This document shows positions 12,964-23,303 of a stretch of 64,000 nucleotides of DNA, piece after piece; position 1 is the first letter of the stretch; the number at the start of each line of letters is the position of its first letter. This DNA is from an uncultured Leptospira sp. Lineage in GTDB: Bacteria; Spirochaetota; Leptospiria; Leptospirales; Leptospiraceae. The notes under the pieces are model-generated. The model searched no databases and was not told the DNA's origin. It worked only from the letters and a program-made list of their open reading frames with translations. The position numbers and the translations under genes were made by a program. The stretch spans positions 4,098-68,097 of the forward strand of contig CAZNCS010000001.1 in NCBI GenBank assembly GCA_964571605.1, in the 5' to 3' direction.

Positions 12964-13317
12964 TGGACTAAGTGTCTATATTTTACTCATAACTTATAAG
13001 TACGTATAATATAGGGGCACGAATTTAGATAAAAATAGGCTAAATTTTCCATTTTTTACAAAAATATTCATTAAATTTGTAAAAAATTATGAATGGCACG
13101 ATATTTGATTTTAAAATCAAGAAGTGTTATATATAGAGAAAATAAGGCTGAATCGAACTGGGAGTAAAGGAAGCCTGTCCCCGTTTATAATGATTCAGGG
13201 ATGGAAAAACGAATTTCTAAAAATAATCTGCGGGGGATTACGCTAAAAATAAGGATGATAAGATTTGCCTATCCGTAGATTAGGAAATTATGATTTAGTA
13301 ATATTAGTGGTAGTTGA

Positions 13318-15801
13318 CTAATAAGAATCATTTGAGCGAAGTTTATTTATGAGTAAAAGGTCCGCTCTTTTTTTATTTCCATTTTTTTGATGCAGTTTTC
13401 CCAGATGTTCTCTGTTTTTTACATGATTCGGATCTCGCATATGCAAAACTTCCCCGAAATCTATGGCCTTATCATAATTTCCTAAACGAGCCAATGCATA
13501 GGATACCCAGAGGTAAATCGTACTATCATCGGGATATTTTGCTAAATATTTCTGTCCCTCGGAACCTACGAATATATAATCTTTTTCTTCTATAGCGGTT
13601 CGTAAGGCTTTTCTTTCTTTTGCACGATTATCACCTGAGCTCGCGGTTTCCCCGCCTTGGAAAGGATCGTCTAGGATATCCTCTACGGAAGGAAAATCTT
13701 CTTTATAGGCGATTCGAATCAAACTCAAATCGTCAATCACCTGCCCTCTCGCACGAATCAAAGATTCGATTATTACGAGTTCCGATTTTGCCTCTTCTAC
13801 ATCGCGTAAAAAAGCGTGTTCATCTTCATTGATGATTTGGTTTCCGTCGTCGTTCGTGCCGAGTTGTACATCGTCTCTACCGTCGGAGCCGATCAGAATG
13901 ACGTCGTTCGCTCGTAATTGGAGAGTTTGGACTACGAAAACTTCGGTAGGGTCGTCGACTCCTACTTTACGCAGCATGCCCATTTCAGTTATAAAATCCG
14001 CCTGTCCGTCTCGGTATAGGACTACTTGAGGATGTTCTGCGTTGATAAAATACATAAGCCCGGAACCCTCGTCCACAATACCTACCACCATGGAGATCAG
14101 CATTCTTCCATCAAAACTTACGAATACACTTTTGAGTTCTTCGTAACATCGTTTTAGCCATTGTTCCGGAAATATTTCCTGCATTTCAGTCGTACTTTGA
14201 GTTCTAGTTACGATCGTTTTAAATACAGTTCCCATAATCAAGGCGCCTCCGGCTCCCTGCATGGATTTTCCCATTGCGTCTCCGTTAAAGAATACTAGTA
14301 CTGGGCGTTCTTTTAACGTAAGAGAATAGACCGCGCATAAATCCCCGCCCAATTCGCCCTGCCAATTGCGAAATTGGAAACGTTTTTTCTGTCGGCATAG
14401 AATTTCTGCACCTACTAGCTCACTGCTCGCATAATTGCCCGCTAAAGGTTGCATCAATTGAGAAGTGAGGAAATAATCCCCGTCCTGTTGTTGTTTGAGT
14501 TCTCGGACTTCGCTCAGACTTTTTTGCAAATCGGCGGTACGTTTTTTGACTTTTTCTTCGAGGCTGGCGTTTAATTCTTCCACTTCGTTATGGACTCGTA
14601 CAAAACGATTCGCTAATATGAATGCGATTCCTACGATAAAGACAAGAAAGGTGTATGGCATGATTAGAATGGAGTGGATGATTCTTTGCTCGACCGCTAC
14701 ATCGTGGCTGCCTCCGATCACTATCATTCCGACTCCGGCCAGTAACAATCTTGCGTCTTTGTTTCCTTTCCATGCAGCATTTCCCGTAATGTACATTATA
14801 TAGGGTAAGGTCACCAGCATGGAAATTTCTACCATGAGTAAAAAGAAAGCTCGAACATCCTGAGATACGAATAGATCTAAAAACGATATCAGAAAATACG
14901 CGGAAGACATTCCTACGGCGAGTCTAGTGTGTTTTCCCAAAAAGAATCGAGAAATAAAAAGAAGAAGACTTCCTATAAAACCCATAAGAGCCGTTTGGTC
15001 GATTCTGGATTGTAATTCCTTATGGGATCCGAAAATCAATTCGGCGGAAACGTTATTTGTTAGATGGAAGAAAGCGAAAGAGATCGAGAACATTCCGAAA
15101 TAGAGATTAAAAATATCGCTAGGTCTTCGGACTGCGAGAAGAAGGTGATACAATCCGACGCTAATGTACACAGATGCGAGCAAGAATGCCACGCTCAAAT
15201 CCAATCCAAAGTTTAGAAAAATTGCGGGCGCTTTGCCTATTGAAATTTCCGGTCCCCTCCATAAGAAAGGTTTACCGGGAATTGTGCAAACTTTCGCATA
15301 GAGATAATTTTTTTCTCCCGGCCGAAACGCGGAAGCTGGGACTGTTCCAAGCACTCGGCCGTCTTGTCCGGAAACGTAAGGATTCCTTCTCCCTGTATGG
15401 CCGATTTTTCCGGATTTAGAATTTTCGTTTAAATAGAATTCTGCAAAATCGGACGTATGGCCCGTATCCAAAGCGATTCCGATTTGCTGATTCATCCAAA
15501 CGTCTATTTTTTCAGGTAGAGTTCGGCGTAGAAGAATACATCCGTCAAAATTCGAATATGATTCCATGAAAGTGAAATCAAAAGGTACCAAAATGGTTTG
15601 TTTGTTTTGATTCTTTTTTTCCGCGCCTTCCGTCGGAATTTCCGAAATAAACTCCCATTCTCCTCTCAGGGAAAGAATGTCCTCCGGAGAAATCCATTCG
15701 GACCGAGCACAGCTTAAAAAAGAGAAACAGAATAAAATGAGTCCGACACGAAACATGTCTGACGGGTTGATAATAGATACTTTTGAAAAAAAACGATACA
15801 T
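13318..15801 (-). CDS. 7TM-DISM membrane sensor with SpoIIE/PP2C phosphatase domain and TPR-like tail
   Basis: Lipoprotein-like N-terminus, seven TMs (GLYHLLL), coiled coil, DAMGKSMQGAGG, GSDGRDD. Confidence 0.85.
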   Translation of the reverse strand: MYRFFSKVSIINPSDMFRVGLILFCFSFLSCARSEWISPEDILSLRGEWEFISEIPTEGAEKKNQNKQTILVPFDFTFMESYSNFDGCILLRRTLPEKIDVWMNQQIGIALDTGHTSDFAEFYLNENSKSGKIGHTGRRNPYVSGQDGRVLGTVPASAFRPGEKNYLYAKVCTIPGKPFLWRGPEISIGKAPAIFLNFGLDLSVAFLLASVYISVGLYHLLLAVRRPSDIFNLYFGMFSISFAFFHLTNNVSAELIFGSHKELQSRIDQTALMGFIGSLLLFISRFFLGKHTRLAVGMSSAYFLISFLDLFVSQDVRAFFLLMVEISMLVTLPYIMYITGNAAWKGNKDARLLLAGVGMIVIGGSHDVAVEQRIIHSILIMPYTFLVFIVGIAFILANRFVRVHNEVEELNASLEEKVKKRTADLQKSLSEVRELKQQQDGDYFLTSQLMQPLAGNYASSELVGAEILCRQKKRFQFRNWQGELGGDLCAVYSLTLKERPVLVFFNGDAMGKSMQGAGGALIMGTVFKTIVTRTQSTTEMQEIFPEQWLKRCYEELKSVFVSFDGRMLISMVVGIVDEGSGLMYFINAEHPQVVLYRDGQADFITEMGMLRKVGVDDPTEVFVVQTLQLRANDVILIGSDGRDDVQLGTNDDGNQIINEDEHAFLRDVEEAKSELVIIESLIRARGQVIDDLSLIRIAYKEDFPSVEDILDDPFQGGETASSGDNRAKERKALRTAIEEKDYIFVGSEGQKYLAKYPDDSTIYLWVSYALARLGNYDKAIDFGEVLHMRDPNHVKNREHLGKLHQKNGNKKRADLLLINKLRSNDSY

Positions 15802-15926
15802 CCGTGATCTCGGTAAAAAACCTGCATGAGGCTAAAATACCAGGATTATCTGGCAAGAGCTAATTCCTGAGACGTTGTTTGTTACTCATTTTCGACTCCG
15901 TCTCAGAAAGAAAAATTCCAAAGATT

Positions 15927-16466
15927 TTATCGAACGAATCGATCTACTAGCAGCGACATGCGTTTTTTTAGCGTTTTGGTGGATGGTAGATCGGCTGACA
16001 TTCCCTCCATGGCTAAGAAGAATACCTCTGCGGCGTCTTTATCACCTATGATAGAATACGCGTGTTTCTGCATCTGGCGCTCATATTTTTCGGTACTTTT
16101 CGGAGACAATTTAGAACAAGTTTCATATAATTCCGCGGTTTTAGGCTGACCAGCTACTTTGGTCCAAGGTTCGATGAGTAAAATTTCACAGATTCGAAAG
16201 AGTTTCTCTCTCCCTGGAAGATTTTGTTCGAAAACTCGATCGGCCTCCGTATAAGCGCCTTCTAAAAGATGATCAAAAATTCCTTCAAAAAGATCTTCTT
16301 TATTTTTGAATTTTAAGTAAAGAAGGGGCCGGGATAGATTTGCTTGCTTTGCAATATCGTCCATGGACGTTTTGGAGTAGCCGAATTGCAAAAAACAATG
16401 AAGGGCTGCCTCTAAAATTTCCTTTTTTCTATCGGTATCGGCTGGGTTTTTTGTGTTTTTTCCCAT
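15927..16466 (-). CDS. TetR/AcrR family regulator
   Basis: ILEAALHCFLQFGYSKTSMDDIAKQANLSRPLLYLKFKNKEDLF. Confidence 0.93.
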   Translation of the reverse strand: MGKNTKNPADTDRKKEILEAALHCFLQFGYSKTSMDDIAKQANLSRPLLYLKFKNKEDLFEGIFDHLLEGAYTEADRVFEQNLPGREKLFRICEILLIEPWTKVAGQPKTAELYETCSKLSPKSTEKYERQMQKHAYSIIGDKDAAEVFFLAMEGMSADLPSTKTLKKRMSLLVDRFVR

Positions 16467-16475
16467 AAGTTATTC

Positions 16476-16557
16476 TGACAAAATAATAAAAAAATGTCAA
16501 CTTGTATAAAATTCCAAGGTCTTACATATTGACAAAATAAGTAAAAATTGTCAATAT
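16476..16557. promoter_or_regulatory. Twin TGACA-N14-TGTCA operators between the divergent tetR and MBL genes
   Basis: Site 1 at 16476-16499 and site 2 at 16530-16553 share the spacer AAATAA.TAAAAA; site 2 has perfect 10-bp arms ATATTGACAA/TTGTCAATAT (16526-16557). Confidence 0.7.
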
Positions 16558-16595
16558 ATGAGCAACGGCGGTGTCGCCGGAAAGGAAAATGAAAA

Positions 16596-17762
16596 ATGGA
16601 ACCTAAAAAGAATTCGGTTATATTTTCTTCCAATGTCCGATGGTTTCTTTTGTTGGGAGCGTTTTTAAGTCTTACGAGCGTTTTCTATACATGCAAGTCA
16701 TTTGGTCGAAAAGCGGACGGGGAAAGATTGGAGAGAATAGAACATTCTTCCCAATGGAAGAACGGGCAGTTTGTGAATCCTCAACCTTTAGTAAACGATC
16801 TAGTGAAAGCACTTTGGGGAGCTTGGAATACGAGTCCGTATGTAAATCCCGAACATCCGATTCCGGTTGTAAATGGAAATTCGGAAAACTTTCAAAAACT
16901 CCCCGATTCCGGATTACGTGTCACTTGGTTCGGACATTCGTCCACATTTCTGGAAATAGACGGAGTCTCGATTCTAACGGATCCTATTTGGGCGGAGAGA
17001 ACTTCTCCGTTTGATTGGATCGGACCTAAACGTTGGTATGCTCCTCCGATCGCTTTGAAAGATTTGCCTAAGATAGATTTAGTTCTTATTTCTCACGATC
17101 ATTATGATCATCTGGATTTGGAAACCATTTCTAAAATGAAAGATTGGGATACTGTATTCGTAGTTCCATTAGGAGTAGGGGCAAACCTTGTTTATTGGGG
17201 GATTCCCGAATCTAAAATTAAGGAAATGGATTGGTGGCAAAGTTTCCGACACAAAGATGTGGAGATTATCAGCACTCCTGCTAGGCACGCCTCGGGAAGA
17301 TACTTATTGGATAATGACGAAAAACTTTGGTCGGGTTATGCGTTAGTCGGTCCTAAACATAGAGTGTATTTTTCCGGAGACACAGGTTTATTTCCAGCGA
17401 TGAAAGATATCGGAAACAAATACGGACCATTCGATCTAACCATGATTGAAACAGGACAATATCACGAGGCTTGGCCGGATTGGCATATTGGCCCGGAACA
17501 GGCTTTGATCGCTCACCAAATGGTAAAAGGCAAAATAATGCTTCCGATTCATTGGGGTCTATTTGCCTTAGCGTATCATAGTTGGACAGAGCCGATAGAA
17601 AGAGTCCTTGTAAAAGCAAAAGAATTGAATGTGAGTGTAATCACGCCTAAACCGGGAGAAAGTGCGGAGCCGGATCTAAGACAAAAATATTATAGATGGT
17701 GGCCGGAACTTCCTTGGAAAACCGGAGCAGAGAACCCCATCGTTTCCGGACAGTTGGATTGA
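16596..17762 (+). CDS. MBL-fold metallo-hydrolase (RomA/NAPE-PLD-like)
   Basis: WFGHSS, TDPIW, SHDHYDHLD, PARH, GDTG, PIHWG. Confidence 0.9.
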   Translation: MEPKKNSVIFSSNVRWFLLLGAFLSLTSVFYTCKSFGRKADGERLERIEHSSQWKNGQFVNPQPLVNDLVKALWGAWNTSPYVNPEHPIPVVNGNSENFQKLPDSGLRVTWFGHSSTFLEIDGVSILTDPIWAERTSPFDWIGPKRWYAPPIALKDLPKIDLVLISHDHYDHLDLETISKMKDWDTVFVVPLGVGANLVYWGIPESKIKEMDWWQSFRHKDVEIISTPARHASGRYLLDNDEKLWSGYALVGPKHRVYFSGDTGLFPAMKDIGNKYGPFDLTMIETGQYHEAWPDWHIGPEQALIAHQMVKGKIMLPIHWGLFALAYHSWTEPIERVLVKAKELNVSVITPKPGESAEPDLRQKYYRWWPELPWKTGAENPIVSGQLD

Positions 17763-17785
17763 ATAAAATAGTAGGATTGTATAAT

Positions 17786-18448
17786 ATGCAAATAAAAGTA
17801 ATTATCACGGGCGCAACAGGAATGGTGGGAGAAGGTGTTTTGGAAGAATGTATCCATCACCCTGAGGTTTCGGAAATTCTTCTCATTAACAGAAAACCAT
17901 CCGGTACGAGTCATCCCAAAGTGAAGGAAATCATTCATTCGGACTTTTTCGATCTTAAAAGTATCGAAGAAAAATTAAAAGGATATGATGCTTGTTTTTT
18001 CTGTCTGGGAGTTTCTTCCGTAGGTATGAAGGAGAACGAATATTTCAAACTAACCCATACATTAACTTTGCACGTAGCAGAAACTCTTTCTCGACTGAAT
18101 CCAAATATGACCTTTTCCTATATTTCGGGAGCCAATACGGATAGTACGGAGAAAGGAAAAAGTATGTGGGCTAGAGTGAAGGGAAAAACAGAAAATGATC
18201 TTCTAAAACTTCCCTTTAAGAAGGTCTATAATTTTAGACCGGGATATATGCATCCCACTCCCGGTTTGAAAAATACTTTGGCTGCTTATAAATACATCAG
18301 CTGGCTTTATCCGGCTCTGAGACAATTTTTTCCGAATCATGTTTCTACCTTGGGAGAACTTGGAAAAGCGATGATTCATTCGGCGACCAAAGGGTATGAG
18401 AAAAATATTATAGAAATTTCCGATCTGAAGGCTCTGGCTAAACTCTGA
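17786..18448 (+). CDS. NAD(P)-binding epimerase/dehydratase-like protein
   Basis: IITGATGMVGEGVL Rossmann motif, CFFCLGVSS, WARVKG; ATG 17786 preferred because the longer ORF overlaps the MBL gene. Confidence 0.85.
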   Translation: MQIKVIITGATGMVGEGVLEECIHHPEVSEILLINRKPSGTSHPKVKEIIHSDFFDLKSIEEKLKGYDACFFCLGVSSVGMKENEYFKLTHTLTLHVAETLSRLNPNMTFSYISGANTDSTEKGKSMWARVKGKTENDLLKLPFKKVYNFRPGYMHPTPGLKNTLAAYKYISWLYPALRQFFPNHVSTLGELGKAMIHSATKGYEKNIIEISDLKALAKL

Positions 18449-18504
18449 TTTTCTAAAACTTTTGGCTTGCTTTTGCCGACGAACGGATTTAGACCGAATT
18501 CAGA

Positions 18505-19368
18505 ATGGCAAAACCGGTTCCTCTATTACATTTATCCGATCTGGTTCTTCGAAATGAGGAACCTTATTTTTATGCGGGTAAATTGGAAGATCTTCCGCCG
18601 AGTTTTGCGGAATACGATAGCTCTCATCGGCATTCGTATTTCGCGATTTTCTTTTTTCAGGAAGGCCAGGGAACTCATACGATCGATTTCCAAACTTATG
18701 AGATAGAATCGAATTCCCTTTTCTTTTTAAAACCGGGGCAGGTGCATTCTTGGAAATTTCTTAAGAAGCCGAAAGGTTTTGCTTTAAAAGTTTCATCCGA
18801 TTTTTACTCCGAACTTGGAGAAAAACCTTCCGAACTTAGAAAATTTCCGTTTTTTTCATTCGGTGGAACTGTTCCGAAAATTTCCGTTCAAAATTTAACA
18901 GTTTTAAGTTCCGATTTTTCAAGGTTAGAGGAGGAATTCAAAAAAACTTCCGAGCCCAAACTTTTATTCATTATCACTCAATTGATTTTGCTCCAATTGA
19001 AAAAGGAATATGAAAATTTCTCTCAATCATTTTTACAGAATGGCCATCCGATCGAAACATTTCAAAATCTTTTGGAATCGCATTTTTTAAAAGAACGGAG
19101 TACTTCTTTTTATGCGAAAAAATTGGGAATCAGCACGGGAGCTTTAAACAGATTTTGTCAGAACGATTTAGGAAAGTCTGCGAAATCGGTAATTCATGAT
19201 CGTGTCATATTGGAGATCAAAAGATATTTATTACATTCGGAAATGAATATCACTCAAATCTGTTGGGAATTGGGTTTTTCGGACAATGCGTATTTTAGTC
19301 GTTACTGTAAGAATCAATTCGGAATATCCCCCGAACAATTCCGGGAACAGAAACGAAAAGCACAATAA
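18505..19368 (+). CDS. AraC family regulator (cupin plus HTH)
   Basis: SHRHSYF cupin; C-terminal ELGFSDNAYFSRYCK. Confidence 0.9.
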   Translation: MAKPVPLLHLSDLVLRNEEPYFYAGKLEDLPPSFAEYDSSHRHSYFAIFFFQEGQGTHTIDFQTYEIESNSLFFLKPGQVHSWKFLKKPKGFALKVSSDFYSELGEKPSELRKFPFFSFGGTVPKISVQNLTVLSSDFSRLEEEFKKTSEPKLLFIITQLILLQLKKEYENFSQSFLQNGHPIETFQNLLESHFLKERSTSFYAKKLGISTGALNRFCQNDLGKSAKSVIHDRVILEIKRYLLHSEMNITQICWELGFSDNAYFSRYCKNQFGISPEQFREQKRKAQ

Positions 19369-19477
19369 AATATACGATTCGTCCATTTACAGATTCGATT
19401 TCCTTTCGTATTCTCTTGGAAGACGAGAGAAAAATCTCGTTCAAATCACGAAGTTTATTCGTGTTAGGAGAATTTGA

Positions 19478-19921
19478 ATGTTAGAAAGATTTTTTTCTAC
19501 GGAACCTAATCTTATTTTTACTGCTGCAAGAATTGTTTTGGGAGTCGTTATGTTCCCGCATGGGTTCCAAAAATTATTCGGTTGGTTCGGTGGTTACGGA
19601 TTCGGGCCTACGTTGCAATATTTTACTTCCATAGGAGTTCCCAAACCGATTGCCTTTTTGGTAATTATAGCGGAGTCATTTGGAGCGATTGGATTGGTGC
19701 TTGGACTTTTTACAAAACTTTCCGCGTTTGGAATCATTCTTGTGATGATAGGTGCTGCAATTTTTGTAAGACAACATGGATTTTTTATGAATTGGTTCGG
19801 AAACCAAGCTGGAGAAGGGTTTGAATATCATTTGCTTGCAATTGCACTCGCCGGCATTTTACTTTTCGGCGGAGCAGGAGCCTTTTCGATCGACGGTTGG
19901 ATTCTCCAAAAATTGAAATAG
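19478..19921 (+). CDS. DoxX family membrane protein
   Basis: ARIVLGVVMFPHGFQKLFGWFGG and GEGFEYHLL. Confidence 0.9.
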   Translation: MLERFFSTEPNLIFTAARIVLGVVMFPHGFQKLFGWFGGYGFGPTLQYFTSIGVPKPIAFLVIIAESFGAIGLVLGLFTKLSAFGIILVMIGAAIFVRQHGFFMNWFGNQAGEGFEYHLLAIALAGILLFGGAGAFSIDGWILQKLK

Positions 19922-19939
19922 CATAAACGGTTTTTATAT

Positions 19940-19973
19940 CCGACTCAAAGGAGTTATTGTGTTGTTGGGTCGG
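19940..19973. terminator. Hairpin after doxX
   Basis: CCGACTCAA...TTGGGTCGG (one G-U pair, long loop). Confidence 0.35.
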
Positions 19974-20110
19974 GCAAATCTTTTGGAACTTCCTTTAAAT
20001 TAAGAAAACAGGCTGCAAGATTTAACAAACCATTTTCAATAAGTATTCGAAGGACAGGAGTTTTTCTTGTCTTTCGATTTTCAAAATCTTTTATTTATTC
20101 TAGTTATTGA

Positions 20111-22720
20111 TTGAATGTACTGAGCTTGATTCGATTCTTTCTAGATTCAGTAATTGGTATTGGAAGCGAGAAGAATCAGGTGGAAAAAATCGGTAAGATA
20201 GGCGGGACTTTAGTTAACTTTTGGAATTTGTCCTCCTCAGAGTGTTTGGAAAAACTAGCAACGAGTCCTCTTGGATTGTCAGAAAAGGAAGCGAAGAGCC
20301 GCCTTCTTCGATTCGGTTCTAACCGCCTAACTACTAAAAAGGGGCAAACTGTTCTTGGCTTATTCTTCTCCCAATTCCGAAGTCCCATCGTATTACTTCT
20401 TTTTTTTGCGGCCGGTCTTTCTTTTGTAGTTCGTGATTCCACGGATGCATTGATTATTCTAGGTATCGTCTTTATCAGCGGTGTTCTTGGCTTTTGGCAG
20501 GAGCATGGAGCTATGAATGCGGTGGCCAAACTTTTGCAAATCGTTCAGGTAAAAGTTTCCATTTTTCGAAACGGAGTTTTGGAAGAGATCTCCTTGGAAG
20601 CTGTAGTTCCAGGGGACATTCTCAATTTAACTGCGGGGAATATTATTCCTGCTGATTGTCTGCTTTTAGAATCGAAAGATTTATTTGTAGATGAGGCCAC
20701 TCTGACCGGTGAAACTTTTCCGGCGGAAAAAACAATGGATCCGGTTTCTGGCGACGCCCCTTTGGGAAAAAGAACGAATTCTCTTTGGATGGGAACCCAT
20801 GTGATAAGTGGGAATGCCAAAGCAATCGTGGTGAAGACCGGAAAGGATACCGAGTTCGGCAAAATTTCCGAAAGATTAAAGTTAAGACCGATGGAAAACG
20901 AGTTCGAACTGGGAGTTCGCAAATTCGGTTTCTTTTTATTACATATTACATTGCTTCTAGTGATTACAATTTTCGTAATTAATCTCCTTTTGCATCGGCC
21001 CGTTTTGGATTCATTTCTCTTTTCTTTAGCATTGGCTGTCGGACTAACTCCACAATTACTTCCTGCGATTATAAGCATTAATCTATCTCACGGCGCTAGA
21101 AGAATGGCGGAAAAAAAGGTGATCGTAAAGCGTCTGACTGCGATTGAAAATTTCGGAAACATGAATATTATTTGCTCCGATAAAACCGGGACTTTGACAG
21201 AAGGGACCGTAAAGATGCAAGATGGAAGCGATATTTACGGAAGTATAAAGGAAGAAGTCGGATTGAACGCGTATATCAATGCTTTTTTCGAGACGGGTTT
21301 TATCAATGCTATCGACGAATCCATTCGGAGGGATTCCAAATTCGATATTTCAGAATATAAGAAAGCAGACGAAATACCGTATGATTTTCTCCGAAAGAGG
21401 CTGAGTATCCTTGTTTCTCATAAAATGGGGCATAGAATGATAACGAAAGGAGCTCTCACGAATGTTCTTGCTGTTTGCAATTTTGCAAAATCAGCGGATG
21501 GAAATCCGATTGCAATAAATACGGTCAAAGAAGTGATACAGAAACGTTATGAGGAATTAAGTGCCAAAGGATTGAGAGTCCTTGGAATTGCCATCAAAGA
21601 AATCGGGGCCTCGCCTAAGATTGATAAATCGGACGAAGAGAATATGACTTTCTTAGGGCTTTTGTCTTTTTTTGATCCTCCTAAACCAAACGTCGACAAA
21701 ACGGTCTCCGCGCTGAGAGCGTTGGGGGTTTCTTTAAAAGTGATTACCGGAGACAATCGTTTTGTAGCCGCTAGTTTATGTTCTCAAATAGGATTGTCTC
21801 AAATACGAACGCTCTGCGGTCCGGATTTAAATCTGATGAGCGACGAAGCATTGATGCATGCTGTCGGGAACGTAGATATTTTTGCCGAAATAGAGCCGAA
21901 TAGTAAGGAAAGGATTATAATCGCTTTAAAGAAAGCGGGTAATGTAGTCGGCTACATTGGAGACGGAATTAATGATGTATCAGCACTTCATTCCGCCGAT
22001 GTCGGGATTTCGGTGGAATCTGCGGTGGACGTAGCAAAAAATGCAGCCGATTTGGTTTTACTAGAAAAAAATCTGAATGTATTAGTCGATGGCGTGAAAG
22101 AAGGAAGAGTTACATTCGCTAATACTTTGAAGTACGTCTTTATGGCAACGAGCGCAAATTTCGGAAATATGTTCAGTATGGCTGGAGTTTCTTTGATTCT
22201 TCCGTTTTTACCCCTCCTTCCCAAACAAATTCTTCTCACAAATTTTTTGACTGATTTTCCGGAAATGACCATTGCGACTGACCGAGTGGATCCGGAAATG
22301 GTTTCCGCGCCTAGACATTGGGATATTGTCGCAATTCGGAAGTTTATGATCGTTTTTGGCTTGGTGAGTTCGTTTTTCGATTATTTAACCTTTGGTATAC
22401 TGCAGTGGGTATTGCACGTAAATCAGGAACAATTCAGAACGGGGTGGTTTATAGAGTCAGTTGTTTCGGCTTCTTTGATCGTACTTGTAATTCGAACGCG
22501 AAGATCTTTTTTTACAAGCAGGCCGGGACGTCCTTTGCTGATCGCCACCCTTACTATAATCTTTATTACCTTACTCTTTCCTTATACGCCGATTGCAGGA
22601 ATTTTTGGCTTGGTTCCCCTTCCTTTAGAGTTTCTGGGGCTTCTCTTGGGAATTATCCTGTTATACGTGGCCGTGGCGGAAGTTGCTAAAAGTATTTTCT
22701 ACAAAAAAGTAATGGTTTGA
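20111..22720 (+). CDS. mgtA: Mg2+-importing P-type ATPase, MgtA-like (start uncertain, GTG 20180 possible)
   Basis: TGE, GLTPQLLP, DKTGTLT, GDGINDV, TSANFGNMFS, FRTGWFIES. Confidence 0.8.
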   Translation: MNVLSLIRFFLDSVIGIGSEKNQVEKIGKIGGTLVNFWNLSSSECLEKLATSPLGLSEKEAKSRLLRFGSNRLTTKKGQTVLGLFFSQFRSPIVLLLFFAAGLSFVVRDSTDALIILGIVFISGVLGFWQEHGAMNAVAKLLQIVQVKVSIFRNGVLEEISLEAVVPGDILNLTAGNIIPADCLLLESKDLFVDEATLTGETFPAEKTMDPVSGDAPLGKRTNSLWMGTHVISGNAKAIVVKTGKDTEFGKISERLKLRPMENEFELGVRKFGFFLLHITLLLVITIFVINLLLHRPVLDSFLFSLALAVGLTPQLLPAIISINLSHGARRMAEKKVIVKRLTAIENFGNMNIICSDKTGTLTEGTVKMQDGSDIYGSIKEEVGLNAYINAFFETGFINAIDESIRRDSKFDISEYKKADEIPYDFLRKRLSILVSHKMGHRMITKGALTNVLAVCNFAKSADGNPIAINTVKEVIQKRYEELSAKGLRVLGIAIKEIGASPKIDKSDEENMTFLGLLSFFDPPKPNVDKTVSALRALGVSLKVITGDNRFVAASLCSQIGLSQIRTLCGPDLNLMSDEALMHAVGNVDIFAEIEPNSKERIIIALKKAGNVVGYIGDGINDVSALHSADVGISVESAVDVAKNAADLVLLEKNLNVLVDGVKEGRVTFANTLKYVFMATSANFGNMFSMAGVSLILPFLPLLPKQILLTNFLTDFPEMTIATDRVDPEMVSAPRHWDIVAIRKFMIVFGLVSSFFDYLTFGILQWVLHVNQEQFRTGWFIESVVSASLIVLVIRTRRSFFTSRPGRPLLIATLTIIFITLLFPYTPIAGIFGLVPLPLEFLGLLLGIILLYVAVAEVAKSIFYKKVMV

Positions 22721-22748
22721 AATCGACCTGACAGGCCTGTGATTATAT

Positions 22749-23303
22749 ATGAATCCTTATATTTTGCGTTCTATTATAAAAACACTTATAGAATATGCGG
22801 TCGTGATTTCAATCGGATTAGGAATCGTTTACTTAGATGAAAGTGAGTTCGCTGCTTTTGATATAAAGTATCTAATTGTGATTCTGGCGGCATTTAAAGC
22901 GGTATATTTTTTGGCGAAGGGTCTTGGAAAAATTTCCGAATTCTCCGGGCAGAATATTGAATATTATGAGTTCTTAGTGTTTATTGCCGTAAATATCAGT
23001 ATTATTATCCTCTCATTCGGAGTGGATTACCTTTGCCTCTACCGGGTGGACACAAAATCCTTTTCGGGTATACCGGAAGGAATGACTGGATTTGCTTTAG
23101 CGTTTAAATTCTTTTATTTTAGTCTGATGATTTTTGCAAATATCGGAATTATAAAAATCATTCCGGAAAGTACTGAATCGGAAATACTGGTGATTTTCGA
23201 AGCAATTCTGTCCTTTATTACAATCATCTTTGTCCTGTCGGATTTCTTGAGCCTGAAAGAATCTTTATCCAAACGTCTTGCTTCGAAAGATTCGGTTTCT
23301 TGA
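22749..23303 (+). CDS. Small membrane protein resembling a two-TM ion-channel pore domain
   Basis: About five hydrophobic segments; FFYFSLMIFANIGIIKIIP resembles the YFS..TT.GYGDI.P pore loop. Confidence 0.55.
   Translation: MNPYILRSIIKTLIEYAVVISIGLGIVYLDESEFAAFDIKYLIVILAAFKAVYFLAKGLGKISEFSGQNIEYYEFLVFIAVNISIIILSFGVDYLCLYRVDTKSFSGIPEGMTGFALAFKFFYFSLMIFANIGIIKIIPESTESEILVIFEAILSFITIIFVLSDFLSLKESLSKRLASKDSVS

Noticed and set aside
20545-21078. 177-aa antisense ORF, and similar ones at 36551-37063, 34830-35315, 33731-34156 and 53952-54350
   Set aside because: Entirely antisense to well-supported genes with no motifs; typical shadow ORFs
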